A DNA stretch of 64,000 nucleotides from contig CAXXIH010000001.1 in assembly GCA_963663365.2 (NCBI GenBank), forward strand, positions 875,209 through 939,208, in the 5' to 3' direction. The notes under the pieces were generated by a model. The model was not told the origin of the DNA. It did not search any database and saw only the letters and a program-made list of their open reading frames with translations. A program made the translations under genes and the position numbers. This document shows positions 48,674-58,321 of this stretch, one piece after another; position 1 is the stretch's first letter; the number at the start of each line of letters is the position of its first letter. Source of the stretch: a bacterium. Lineage in GTDB: Bacteria; Hinthialibacterota; Hinthialibacteria; Hinthialibacterales; G963663365.

Positions 48674-50005
48674 ATGCGGTATGCACATTCAAGCGAATGC
48701 CTTAAGCAGAACATGTCCAAAACACCGGCGATATATACAAGACCTTCGAGGTCTTCAAAGCCTTCAGAGTGTAGAGAGCGGTCTTTGGCTGTCAGCAAAG
48801 AAATTGTCCGGCCATGGTTATGCAATGGCGACGAAACAAACCGAAAGGTTTTGTCTCGTCTCATCCATGGCGAAAATTTGAATGCTTTGCAGCGCTTAGA
48901 GTGCGAAGGACTCTTATCCGGTGTCGATTTGATTTATGTCGATCCCCCCTTTTTTGTGGGGCAGGATTTTTATACGTACTCCAAAACAGCCGAGCGCGGA
49001 GATGGGCATGATGAGGCTGTTTATTCCGACCGTTGGGCGGGCGGTTTGGATGATTATCTGGATATGCTCCGCCAGCGGCTTGAACTCCTGCTGAAACTTT
49101 TATCACCGAATGGAAATCTTCTGCTTCACCTGGATTGGCATGCCGTGCATTATGCAAAAGTGCTGTTGGATGAACTGTTGGGGAGAAACGCTTTCCGGAA
49201 TGAAATTATATGGTGTTATACGGGGCCTGGTTCACCCAATATGCGTCAGTTCAACCGGAAGCACGATTCGATTCTTTGGTATGCCAAAGGCGATTCCTGG
49301 ACCTTTAACAGCAGCGCCGTACGCCAACCGCATCACAATAAAACGCAGGCGAATTTCAAAAAGGGATTGGGGGGCTCGGGATTCGGGCCTGAAGAGAGAA
49401 ATCTGCCTCCCGGTAAAGTCCCCGAGGATTGGTGGAATTTTGCGGTTGCGGCCCGCTTCCCGGTTGATGGTATCCGTCGAACCGGATACCCCACCGAAAA
49501 ACCGGTTGCCCTACTGGAACGTTTGGTATTGGCTTTGAGCAATCCCGGTGACCTGGTATTGGATGCCTTTTGTGGCTCCGGGACGTTGCCTTATGTGGCG
49601 GAGTCTTTGGGGCGGCGTTGGATCGGGATCGATAACTCAGTGTTCGGTATTCATCTTGCTCGTAAACGGCTCATTGCATCGGCAAAACATATATTTGCTG
49701 TAGAGCGTTTAGATGGGGATGCCGCGTATCAAGTGCAATGCGGCCCTGTAGATACTTGCTTTGATTTCGAAGTGTGCAGCAGCTTCGATGCCATTTCATA
49801 CGGTGAATTAGAGAATGGCGTTTTCTGCTCGCAAGCGCATCTTCTGCAACTCGGGCGGGAAAAAGCGAGAAGATTCTCACCGGATGGATTCTTGAGTGAA
49901 GGAAGATGTGAGCAATTGGAAGGTTCTTTACAAAAGATAACAGAAGAATCCGGCGGGTATATCTGGAGTTTGGCCTTGGATGAGCGTGGCGTGTGCAGTG
50001 TCTAG
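48674..50005 (+). CDS. Beta-class amino DNA methyltransferase (N6-adenine or N4-cytosine), orphan
   Basis: Motif IV DLIYVDPPF precedes motif I LVLDAFCGSGT, and YPTEKPVALLERL is present. The start codon is uncertain. The last ~100 aa form an extra Cys-containing extension. Confidence 0.8.
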   Translation: MRYAHSSECLKQNMSKTPAIYTRPSRSSKPSECRERSLAVSKEIVRPWLCNGDETNRKVLSRLIHGENLNALQRLECEGLLSGVDLIYVDPPFFVGQDFYTYSKTAERGDGHDEAVYSDRWAGGLDDYLDMLRQRLELLLKLLSPNGNLLLHLDWHAVHYAKVLLDELLGRNAFRNEIIWCYTGPGSPNMRQFNRKHDSILWYAKGDSWTFNSSAVRQPHHNKTQANFKKGLGGSGFGPEERNLPPGKVPEDWWNFAVAARFPVDGIRRTGYPTEKPVALLERLVLALSNPGDLVLDAFCGSGTLPYVAESLGRRWIGIDNSVFGIHLARKRLIASAKHIFAVERLDGDAAYQVQCGPVDTCFDFEVCSSFDAISYGELENGVFCSQAHLLQLGREKARRFSPDGFLSEGRCEQLEGSLQKITEESGGYIWSLALDERGVCSV

Positions 50006-50030
50006 CGGTTTTTGTGCCTACATTTCTAAC

Positions 50031-51038
50031 TTAATCAATTTCTGATGAGTCGATTTCCGGCTCCGTGTTTTCCGCCGGTGTCTCAGTTTCTTTGTCTTCA
50101 TCACTTAATAGCGACTGAATAACCGGATCGTTGGGCAACATTCTTTGCGCGATTTCGAGATGATGTTTTGCCGCTTCTTTATTTCTATTAAACAAGTGCA
50201 TTGCACCCGCCAAAAAGCGTTTGCGCACATTGCCCGGTGAGAGATCGGCTTGATGTTCCAACGACAGCATGATTTGGGAGAAACGCTGTTGATTTCCATA
50301 AAATCCGCCGACTTGTTTCTGCAAAGTTTCTGCGAGTTCCGGCCAGATTCCGAGCGCATCGTGAATTGCCTCTGAAGCGACATCGAATTCGCCTAATCCG
50401 AAGCGGCAATGGGCAATTGCCGCCAATGCCACCGGGCTTTCCGGACGCTGGTCCAGCGCTTTTCGATAGTATTCGACTGCGTTTCCGAAATCACTCTTTG
50501 AGAAAAGCGTGTCACCCGCCTCCAAATTTTCCATAAAGTTTTTTTCTTTAGGGACTTTCTCGATTTCTTCGGTTACAGTCTTTTCGGCCATGACCAGCCG
50601 GTTCTGGGCGGGGCGGGGTGGAATTACCAGAGCGCCTTCGCGGGGGATCACATAATTTTGTCCGGCCGGCCGTTTGAGTTCGATTTCGTTTTCGGCGTGA
50701 AGAAAATACCCCTTATTGAGTTGCCCCAAAAAGGCGGTGTGTGGTGCAACTCTATAATAGCGGTTCCCATCGTAGGCCAAATAACTTCCACGATAGTACG
50801 TGGGTGAGTTGCGGTATTTGTTTTCACAGTAAGCGGATGTTGTTACACGTTGCAGGCTGACCCCGAACCCATCCGAGTCATCATAATAAGGTACATAGGT
50901 ATTATCGATATCCGCACTGGCAGGAACCGGTAACAATGCCATGCCCGCGGTAAGAAACAGCATAACGATACATGCCGCGATCCCTGCGGAGATCTGCCGC
51001 CACTTAAACCGGTCTATTTTGAGAAACGATTCGATCAT
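50031..51038 (-). CDS. Membrane-anchored TPR-repeat protein
   Basis: N-terminal TM helix (AACIVMLFLTAGMALLPV). The C-terminal half has TPR-like repeats (AVEYYRKALDQRPE, AIAHCRFGLGEF). Confidence 0.6.
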   Translation of the reverse strand: MIESFLKIDRFKWRQISAGIAACIVMLFLTAGMALLPVPASADIDNTYVPYYDDSDGFGVSLQRVTTSAYCENKYRNSPTYYRGSYLAYDGNRYYRVAPHTAFLGQLNKGYFLHAENEIELKRPAGQNYVIPREGALVIPPRPAQNRLVMAEKTVTEEIEKVPKEKNFMENLEAGDTLFSKSDFGNAVEYYRKALDQRPESPVALAAIAHCRFGLGEFDVASEAIHDALGIWPELAETLQKQVGGFYGNQQRFSQIMLSLEHQADLSPGNVRKRFLAGAMHLFNRNKEAAKHHLEIAQRMLPNDPVIQSLLSDEDKETETPAENTEPEIDSSEID

Positions 51039-51121
51039 GGGCGTTAGCCCTCCTTACGCCATAATTCGAATTCAAGGATAAGTGTAACATAGAGACGGCG
51101 TCTTCAACCATTCATGCGGTC

Positions 51122-51859
51122 TTAATCGTGCTTTAGGCGGAATTCAAACTCGTAGGGGACCTCAAGCACCGGGGTTTCGGTGATTTCAAGCCCATTCTCG
51201 ATTTTTCTGGTTTTCGGACGTTCCGGATCTTCAATCAAACGGGTGATGAGGACACGCACACTGTACAATTCGTAGTCATTACAGGGGAAATAGAGATATC
51301 CCCGGATCATTGCATCCGGGTAGATGGTTGTGTCAGCCATCGAAAATCCCTTCTCCCGCAACCCGGTCGGCTGAACATCCGTAACGGGAACGTGGATGAT
51401 GCCTCCATGCCGGTAATGATGTCCCCAACGAGATGTATGCCAAACAAAAACCGGCTCGTAGCGAGTACGGACGATCATGGCGGGGAGTTCGGTGGGCTCC
51501 AGCGGACGAAATTGTTCACCACGACTACTAAATAGAAGAATCTCCGAGAGCATCAGGCGTTGACGTTCTTGGGTTCTGTTTTCGGCAACCAATTCGAATG
51601 TGGTGACATTGGAATTAAGACCACGGGGATTCTTGCAAGGAAGGAGAGAAAGGCTAATACCCTCTTTGGCGATTGTCAGTCCTTTTCCTTCATAGGATCG
51701 GTAGGCCTCATCCGTTTCGATGGGGATGTAGGTTGTTGAGCAACCGTTCAGCATCCCTATGGCCAATAAGGCCATTAGTGAAAAAAAGACGTGTTTTCCA
51801 TAAGCTGCTTTTCTAAGTAATTGAATCGCCGAATTTAGAGACGGTAGCGTGTTATTCAT
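51122..51859 (-). CDS. Lipoprotein, function unknown
   Basis: Signal peptide plus lipobox (LLAIGMLNGC). Confidence 0.55.
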   Translation of the reverse strand: MNNTLPSLNSAIQLLRKAAYGKHVFFSLMALLAIGMLNGCSTTYIPIETDEAYRSYEGKGLTIAKEGISLSLLPCKNPRGLNSNVTTFELVAENRTQERQRLMLSEILLFSSRGEQFRPLEPTELPAMIVRTRYEPVFVWHTSRWGHHYRHGGIIHVPVTDVQPTGLREKGFSMADTTIYPDAMIRGYLYFPCNDYELYSVRVLITRLIEDPERPKTRKIENGLEITETPVLEVPYEFEFRLKHD

Positions 51860-51979
51860 GTCGAATCGAATCCTCCACCAGGGAAATTCGCCCGCTGAAA
51901 TCTAATGTTTACATGGCTCAGATGTGAGGTGCGACGGAACGAATTCCACCACATTAAACGAATGGGGGCCGCCGTTTCT

Positions 51980-54280
51980 TCACTTCAAATCTATACGCAC
52001 TGTGACACCGTCAGGCTGGTTGGTGAAGTCAAGCCGCAAGGTTGAAGAATCCCCATCCCATTTCGATTCAAACGCGTCGATTCCCGCGTTTTGGGGGTAG
52101 GTTAAGTCAACTTTTACCGGATGTTCGGCCATAAGGATGCGCATTACCGCACGAGTGCCTGAAGGGCCTTTGGCTTCAAACGCAAAGGTGTCGTTGCTGC
52201 GTTCCAGTTCTGTTACCCGGCATGCCGCCGCGGCAACCAGGGGACGTTCTTTGGGGGCATGGGCCAAATCGTAAAGAAAACTCACATGGCCAAGCGGCAT
52301 CTCTTTCCGCTGAATAATCGGCAAAGCCGGATCGAAGAGGTCGATGAACCGGCCCTCCAGAACGAACGAGTCGACCGAGGGACTCTCATCCATAACCGCG
52401 GTGATGTGATAGGGGCCACGGCGCAGGTGTAAGTAGTTTTGGGACTTGAACGCGACTCCGATGCCTTTTTCTTCCATCATGTGGCGGATAATTCGGCGGA
52501 CATTGCGTGCACCGTATTTATCCATGGCTAATTTTTGCGGATCACGGCGGGATATCGAGATAATACCTTTGCCAGCCCGGTGCAAGCCCTCATCCGGGGA
52601 GCGAGGCAATCCCAACTGCTCGAATAGATGCTCAGAGGGGCATTTATAATCAAAATCCTGGTTCCACCATTCGCGGATGCTTTGATAGGGATCCCTGTCA
52701 CTCCCATAGAACGCCAGGCAACCGCCCTCTTTGACCCAATCGGCCAATACCTCATGAACCTGCGGATTCATAGGTTTCATGGCCGTATAGGACATAAGCA
52801 GAACAGCCATGCCGGCCAGCTGGCTCTTTTCTTGGATTCGCTCCATTTGAACCGGCTGTACCGGAACGCCGTGTTTTAGGAGCGGTAAGATCAGGCCGTA
52901 CAGGTTGGAATGGTTAGGATCCTCCCATTCCTCGCCGTGCGCCATGAATCGTTGAAACATAAGTGTGTCCGAAACCAAGACGCCGATACCGCGTGTGCCG
53001 CAATCCCAGACAATTTCCTTTTGGTCCATGTCATTTAGCGCACCGATCAATGTCAGGAGTTCGGTGGCATAACGCGCGGGAATACCCTGTTTGGAACCTT
53101 CTTCCGTTTCGTAACTGCCTTTAAAGATACGGCTAGGCCAAGGCATGACCTCGTAATAATGGGTTTGGGGCCACATGAGTTGGGCCACATAGGTCTTCTC
53201 GTAATTTTCTTTGTAGTTCTCCCACGTATAGTTGGGATTGTCTTCAATCGGATCGGTTAAAAAATAGACGCGGCGTTTTGTTGTTTCATCAGGCCGGTCC
53301 AACATGGTCATCGAAACCATTTGACCGTATTCGACAAAAGCGGTTTCAAACGTCCTCTCCTTAACACGGCCCCGGTATTCATTGGGTGTGCGGGCTGTGC
53401 CGGTCCAGACCTGGGCGATATAGCCATCCATATCTTCCAGGGAAGCCAAACTCGATTCGGGGCTTACGATTCCCCAGGCGCTGTAATTGATCATGCTGTG
53501 GGTGGGGACCAAACAGCGCACATTGCGTCCCCGCGATTCGCCGTAGGATTTTGTGTAGGCGAAGATCTCTTTGAGCGCCCGATAATAGAGATGGTATTTC
53601 AACTTTGCCGAACGATAGGTGGCTTCGGGCGAACTATGTTGCGGTTGCCATGGCTCACCATAGTATGCCTGCCATTCGCGTTTGAATCCCTCGCTATATC
53701 CGCCACGATTCCAAAATTCCGGCTCCTCTAAATGGACAGCCGTAACACCGTTATCGATGGCGATTTTGATTAGGCTTTTTAAATATTCGATATAAGCCAA
53801 CGTGGGAACCATATAGGGTACACCGCCGCCGTGCATGATCGGCTCACCCTTGCGGTCTACTTGGCCTTCATCCCAATGGTCTTTGCCATCGAAGGCACCA
53901 TCGAGGTAGTCTTGATAACCTCCCCAAGCAACACCGGTCATGAGGTGAATGCCATATCCGCGTTCCCGCCAGCTCTTAACCCGGTCCGGAAAACTTTTAT
54001 TCACGCCGTAGACAATTGCCACGTCGCTTCTTAAATCGAGCGCCGGTTGCCATGCCTGCGCCGTTTGAAAACATGTCTTTTCCGGATTGTCTTTTTTATT
54101 CGTCATACCTTCATCCGTCCCACAATAAGCCGCTTGGTCTATTGTGCCTATATAGAATAACACACTCATCGATATCCAAACCAATGTTCGCATACCGCTA
54201 CGGGATTGTTTTATATACAAAGGGATGTGCATCGCCGGCCTTCTCCTCATTTTCCTGATTTTTACCATAGTCAGAGGCAA
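51980..54280 (-). CDS. Large hypothetical protein (possible glycoside hydrolase)
   Basis: 766-aa uninterrupted ORF with a hydrophobic N-terminal segment (LVWISMSVLFYIGT). The start is uncertain. Confidence 0.45.
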   Translation of the reverse strand: MPLTMVKIRKMRRRPAMHIPLYIKQSRSGMRTLVWISMSVLFYIGTIDQAAYCGTDEGMTNKKDNPEKTCFQTAQAWQPALDLRSDVAIVYGVNKSFPDRVKSWRERGYGIHLMTGVAWGGYQDYLDGAFDGKDHWDEGQVDRKGEPIMHGGGVPYMVPTLAYIEYLKSLIKIAIDNGVTAVHLEEPEFWNRGGYSEGFKREWQAYYGEPWQPQHSSPEATYRSAKLKYHLYYRALKEIFAYTKSYGESRGRNVRCLVPTHSMINYSAWGIVSPESSLASLEDMDGYIAQVWTGTARTPNEYRGRVKERTFETAFVEYGQMVSMTMLDRPDETTKRRVYFLTDPIEDNPNYTWENYKENYEKTYVAQLMWPQTHYYEVMPWPSRIFKGSYETEEGSKQGIPARYATELLTLIGALNDMDQKEIVWDCGTRGIGVLVSDTLMFQRFMAHGEEWEDPNHSNLYGLILPLLKHGVPVQPVQMERIQEKSQLAGMAVLLMSYTAMKPMNPQVHEVLADWVKEGGCLAFYGSDRDPYQSIREWWNQDFDYKCPSEHLFEQLGLPRSPDEGLHRAGKGIISISRRDPQKLAMDKYGARNVRRIIRHMMEEKGIGVAFKSQNYLHLRRGPYHITAVMDESPSVDSFVLEGRFIDLFDPALPIIQRKEMPLGHVSFLYDLAHAPKERPLVAAAACRVTELERSNDTFAFEAKGPSGTRAVMRILMAEHPVKVDLTYPQNAGIDAFESKWDGDSSTLRLDFTNQPDGVTVRIDLK

Positions 54281-54365
54281 TATGTTTATGCAAGTTTGAC
54301 TTCGAGCCGACTTTTCTATGAATGTCTCTGTATGGCCTGAAGAATACGCCTTCTTTCGGATGGAA

Positions 54366-55439
54366 CTAGCGGGGCAACAATAAAATTCGTTCAGGCAAAA
54401 TGCTTAACCGGGCGTTAGGCGATGTGATACGCCCTTCGGCTGCCGGTGAATCGACATAGATTTGGAGGCGACCCGTGTTTACGTTATACCGGTAAAGGCT
54501 TCCCCGATACTCCACATCTTGCACACGAACCGGCAATGATAATGAATCTATGGGTTCCTGATCCGGCCTTTTTAGCTGCAAAGATTCGGGACGCAGCACG
54601 GCAAAACAGGACGCTCCCTTGAAATCGGTTGGGAATGGGAGATTGATTTCGGCCGGTTCCGCTTGATGCAGTTGGATGCGTGTGCTGGTGTGATTGCGGT
54701 GAAGGATGGTGGCAGGAAAGATGTTGGTATGTCCCATAAACTGTGCGGCAAATACATTAACCGGAGCGCCGTATAGCTCTTCCGGTGTTCCTACCTGCTC
54801 CAAGCGGCCTTGGTTCAGAAGGCCGATACGGTCTGAGAGCGCTAAGGCTTCTTCTTGGTCATGGGTGACATAAATAGCCGTGGTTCCCGTCTGCTGGACC
54901 AAATGGCGCAATTGTGCACGTGTATCGATTCGCAACCGTGCATCCAGATTCGATAACGGTTCATCCAGCAAAAGCAATTGTGGTTCGATGGCAAGAGCTC
55001 GGGCCAGCGCCACGCGTTGTTGTTGTCCGCCAGAGAGTTGATCGACGGGCCGGTCCGTAAAACCATCCAATGCAACCAGGCTCAAGGTTTCTTCGACTTT
55101 TTTGCGGATTTGATCTTTGCTCCAGCCACGGTTTGCGAGTCCAAAGCCGATATTTTCACCCGCATTCATGTGAGGGAATAAAGCGTAATTCTGAAAAACC
55201 ATGCCGACCTGGCGTTGGTTTGCCGGCAAACGTGTCACATCCCGGTCACCAAAATGTACACTTCCACTTTGAGGCGACTCAAAGCCGGCGATGATGCGCA
55301 GGGTGGTGGTCTTGCCGCACCCGCTGGGGCCGAGCAGGCTAAAGAACTCACCCGCCTTGATTTCGAGTGAAAGTCCATCGATTACAGTCGTGCCACTGTA
55401 TTCTTTTACCAATTGATTAAGAGTAACCGCTATCGCCAT
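54366..55439 (-). CDS. ABC transporter ATP-binding protein (PotA/MalK/FbpC-type), solitary
   Basis: GPSGCGKTT, LSGGQQQRVALARAL and LLLDEPLSNLD, with a C-terminal TOBE-like domain. No permease or binding protein lies adjacent. Confidence 0.85.
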   Translation of the reverse strand: MAIAVTLNQLVKEYSGTTVIDGLSLEIKAGEFFSLLGPSGCGKTTTLRIIAGFESPQSGSVHFGDRDVTRLPANQRQVGMVFQNYALFPHMNAGENIGFGLANRGWSKDQIRKKVEETLSLVALDGFTDRPVDQLSGGQQQRVALARALAIEPQLLLLDEPLSNLDARLRIDTRAQLRHLVQQTGTTAIYVTHDQEEALALSDRIGLLNQGRLEQVGTPEELYGAPVNVFAAQFMGHTNIFPATILHRNHTSTRIQLHQAEPAEINLPFPTDFKGASCFAVLRPESLQLKRPDQEPIDSLSLPVRVQDVEYRGSLYRYNVNTGRLQIYVDSPAAEGRITSPNARLSILPERILLLPR

Positions 55440-55588
55440 ATCGTTTTTAGGTATCCCTAATTCGCCAAGTATTCCCCATGTTTTAGAATTAGGAGATTAC
55501 TTCAATCGTATCAATTGTGTGAGAGTCGGCCTTTTAAGAAAGACACTCCCAATCCCCTCGCGCGCTACGGCCGGATCGTGCAGCCGGA

Positions 55589-56071
55589 TTAAAAATTCCT
55601 GCAAGATACGCTGATGTGATCCGGCTCGCGCTTTAGCCAGTCGAAGCCGGCTTCTTGAGCCAACCGGCTGAGTACCGCGATGTCCTCCGGTTTGTGGTTT
55701 TGGGCGGTCAGGCATAATGTCCGCCCTTCGCCATGCAGATTTTCCAGATTTTTTGCGTCAGAACCATCCCAAGCGCGTATAATCTCCACGACAATTGCTT
55801 CTTCGGCCGCTAATTCGAGCAGACGATGGAAGGCGGGGCGCATACAGGGATGCATACGGAAACTATCTTTTAAGAGCGGGTCTTTGGTATCGGCAAGCCG
55901 TACATCGTCGATTTCCACCAGCAAGGTGCGGAAGTCAATTGAGTTCCGCCGGATGACCCACCGGCAGGGGCCGCAGACTTCTATTTCGCCTGCCTGCGGA
56001 TTCTCTCCATGTGCAAAAGTCTCGCCGGGTTCAAGCGTTTTGAAATTCATTACCGATCCATTTCTAGACAA
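55589..56071 (-). CDS. Hedgehog N-terminal signalling domain-like / LAS-family (DD-peptidase-like) protein
   Basis: FRMHPCMRPAFHRLLELA...IRAWDGSDAKNLENLHGEGRTLCLTA...LSRLAQEAGFDWLKREPDHISVSC parallels Shh-N RLMTQRCKDKLNALA...[26 protein letters not shown]...[25 protein letters not shown]. The ORF-track start is TTG 56071, and ATG 56050 is an alternative. Confidence 0.6.
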   Translation of the reverse strand: MSRNGSVMNFKTLEPGETFAHGENPQAGEIEVCGPCRWVIRRNSIDFRTLLVEIDDVRLADTKDPLLKDSFRMHPCMRPAFHRLLELAAEEAIVVEIIRAWDGSDAKNLENLHGEGRTLCLTAQNHKPEDIAVLSRLAQEAGFDWLKREPDHISVSCRNF

Positions 56072-56258
56072 TAAGCCAAATGAGCAGCGTAACGATAACC
56101 AATAAAATCAAACCGAGTATGACTTTGCCCCGTAATGTAAGGCGCATTGTGTCCGGAGAATCTTGAAACCGGCTCGAATCCATATTATCGAATGGATCAT
56201 CGAGGCTTTTGCGGATACCTCGATCCCAAAGGTCTTTGGTGTCAATGGGTTTCTTCAA
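56064..56258 (-). CDS. Small protein with a C-terminal TM helix
   Basis: 64 aa ending in VILGLILLVIVTLLIWLIV. It overlaps the Hh-like ORF's TTG start by 8 nt. Confidence 0.4.
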   Translation of the reverse strand: MKKPIDTKDLWDRGIRKSLDDPFDNMDSSRFQDSPDTMRLTLRGKVILGLILLVIVTLLIWLIV

Positions 56259-56385
56259 TCGTTCTTACCACATAACCGATTTCTTGGTGCTAATGTCTCT
56301 ATTGCAAAAATAGCAATTTGGTTGGCCGGTATCCACCCTGGCGTCTACCGTGTCTTTGCTCATTGATATTGTTTTTCTTTGCCGA

Positions 56386-56826
56386 TTATTCAACAGAATT
56401 AGGCAGAGATTGAATAAAGTCCCGAATCTCATCGCGGATGTGACGGTAGCAATTCAATTTTTCTTCTTCGTTATCAACTTCTCCGGCGAGTTTTGGCGGA
56501 TCGTCAAAACCGCGGTGTATGACTTTGGTTCGGCCCGGAAAGATGGGGCAGTTCTCATCCGCATGGCCGCAAACGGTGATGACATAATCGAAAGGTACAT
56601 CTTTGAATTCACCTACATGCTGAGATCGATGGTTGGAGATATCGACGCCCGCCTCGGCCATCACTTTGACGGCATTGGGATTTAAACCATGGGTCTCTAT
56701 CCCGGCGGAATAGGCTTCGATCGTGTCCGGCTTCAAACGCCGTGCCCAACCTTCCGCCATCTGGCTGCGGCAGGAATTCCCCGTGCAAAGGAAAAGAATC
56801 TTCAGTTTGAGCGGTGGCTCCGGCAT
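56386..56826 (-). CDS. arsC: Arsenate reductase, LMW-PTPase (thioredoxin-coupled) type
   Basis: KILFLCTGNSCRSQMAEGW (the CX5R P-loop), plus downstream Cys in VITVCGHADENCP. Confidence 0.85.
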   Translation of the reverse strand: MPEPPLKLKILFLCTGNSCRSQMAEGWARRLKPDTIEAYSAGIETHGLNPNAVKVMAEAGVDISNHRSQHVGEFKDVPFDYVITVCGHADENCPIFPGRTKVIHRGFDDPPKLAGEVDNEEEKLNCYRHIRDEIRDFIQSLPNSVE

Positions 56827-56877
56827 TATCTCTCTCGATCGATAGCCAGACTTTTTTTGGATATTGGCTGTGTAATT

Positions 56878-57567
56878 TTACGTTAAAAGTCCAAAAATAT
56901 GGACCAGACTCATGTAGATACCGATTAGTATAAATAGTACGCCGGTAATCCGCCGAGCCCACAATTCTATTTGTGTTATCCCAATAAAAAAGCGATTAAG
57001 TGACTTGGTCCCCAGGGCAAGAAGAACGGCAAAAAAAACGACGGGAAGAGATGTCCCCAATCCATACAACGATGGAAGAACGATTTCGGATTGCATCTTT
57101 ACCGCCAATGGAATCAGGCTTCCAAAGAAAAGCGCCGCCGATATGGGGCAAAAAGAGAGCGCAAATACAAATCCCAATATCCCCGCGCCGCCGATTCCCC
57201 ACGAACCGGCACGTTCTTGTATCTGTGTTTTGAACCAACCGTCACCCAATCTCACAGTGATTAATTCAAGCAGGAACATTCCCGCTAAAATCAGCACCGG
57301 CCCCAGTATTTGATTCATATACTTCTGCAGGAAAAAAGACAGGCGGGGGATGGATAGAAGACCAAAGACCAACACAACACCAAGGGCAGTATAAGCCAGT
57401 ATACGCCCCAGGGTGTAGAGCAGCCCGGTCCATATCACCAATTGTGGACGTTCCACGCGGCGGCCAATATAGGATATAGCCGCGATGTTGGTGGCCAGAG
57501 GGCAGGGGCTGATCGAAGTCAATATACCCAGCCAGAGGGCCGTGCCTGCAGTCAACAACAGTTCCAT
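56878..57567 (-). CDS. DsbD_2/CcdA-like membrane protein (ArsG-type permease family is possible)
   Basis: 229-aa polytopic ORF with LTSISPCPLATNIAAI and SFCPISAALF motifs. Its start abuts the stop of the upstream gene. Confidence 0.6.
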   Translation of the reverse strand: MELLLTAGTALWLGILTSISPCPLATNIAAISYIGRRVERPQLVIWTGLLYTLGRILAYTALGVVLVFGLLSIPRLSFFLQKYMNQILGPVLILAGMFLLELITVRLGDGWFKTQIQERAGSWGIGGAGILGFVFALSFCPISAALFFGSLIPLAVKMQSEIVLPSLYGLGTSLPVVFFAVLLALGTKSLNRFFIGITQIELWARRITGVLFILIGIYMSLVHIFGLLT

Positions 57568-58043
57568 TAGGAGTTCTCTCCGGCAAAAGTCCGAACTTCA
57601 TCTTGGATATAGGCGAGAAATGCGGACTTGTCTCCAACCAACTCCCAAACACGGTCGAGTTTCTTCCATTTGGGTGTTTCGCCAGGTTTCGCCACGACAA
57701 TGGTTTTATTTGTTAATTCGAAGTCGTCGATAAAATGCGAGTTTCCGGATTCTTCGACATTGACGACTTTCCACTGTATTTCGCCGGAAGATAAAGCTTC
57801 AGCAAATGCTGTTTGTACCGCTTCCTCACCGTAGGCTTCGATTTTTTGGCATGTTTGGCAACGAACATTCCCGTGAAAATAATAAACCAAAACATGGTTT
57901 GAGTTATCCGGATTTTCCGTCGTCTGCTCTGCCTGTACAGTTTCTACCGGCTCGGATTCGGATTGCTCTTGGATCAACATATATCCGAAACTGGCAATTA
58001 CAAAAACCAGCAACACACCTGTCAGTATTCCTTTGGCATTCAT
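57567..58043 (-). CDS. Membrane-anchored thioredoxin-fold CxxC protein (ArsF-like is possible)
   Basis: N-terminal TM helix, then VLVYYFHGNVRCQTCQKIE. Confidence 0.5.
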   Translation of the reverse strand: MNAKGILTGVLLVFVIASFGYMLIQEQSESEPVETVQAEQTTENPDNSNHVLVYYFHGNVRCQTCQKIEAYGEEAVQTAFAEALSSGEIQWKVVNVEESGNSHFIDDFELTNKTIVVAKPGETPKWKKLDRVWELVGDKSAFLAYIQDEVRTFAGENS

Positions 58044-58090
58044 GGTTATATCCCCCTGATGGACTCATAATTGTGTTTTCCGCATTAATC

Positions 58091-58321
58091 TTATGGGAGT
58101 AGTTTTTTAATTTCATCGACCGATGGGACTTTTCCCGATAGTTTTACTTTGCCGTCCACGGCCAGCGCCGGTGTCATCATGACGCCGAAGGCCATGATCT
58201 TGTCGATTTCGGTCACTTTTTCGATCTCGGCTTGCAGGCCGAGTTCTTGTACTGCCGCCTCGGTGCGTTCCGAGAGTGTTTTGCATTTGGGGCAGCCCGT
58301 TCCCAAAACTTGAATTTTCAT
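58091..58321 (-). CDS. Small thioredoxin-family protein (redox-active disulfide protein 2 type)
   Basis: MKIQVLGTGCPKCKTL, 76 aa. Confidence 0.75.
   Translation of the reverse strand: MKIQVLGTGCPKCKTLSERTEAAVQELGLQAEIEKVTEIDKIMAFGVMMTPALAVDGKVKLSGKVPSVDEIKKLLP

Noticed and set aside
47686-51038. Restriction-modification system around the methyltransferase
   Set aside because: The upstream gene encodes a signal-peptide protein and the downstream gene is a convergent TPR membrane protein. There are no nuclease (PD-(D/E)xK, HNH) or helicase motifs.
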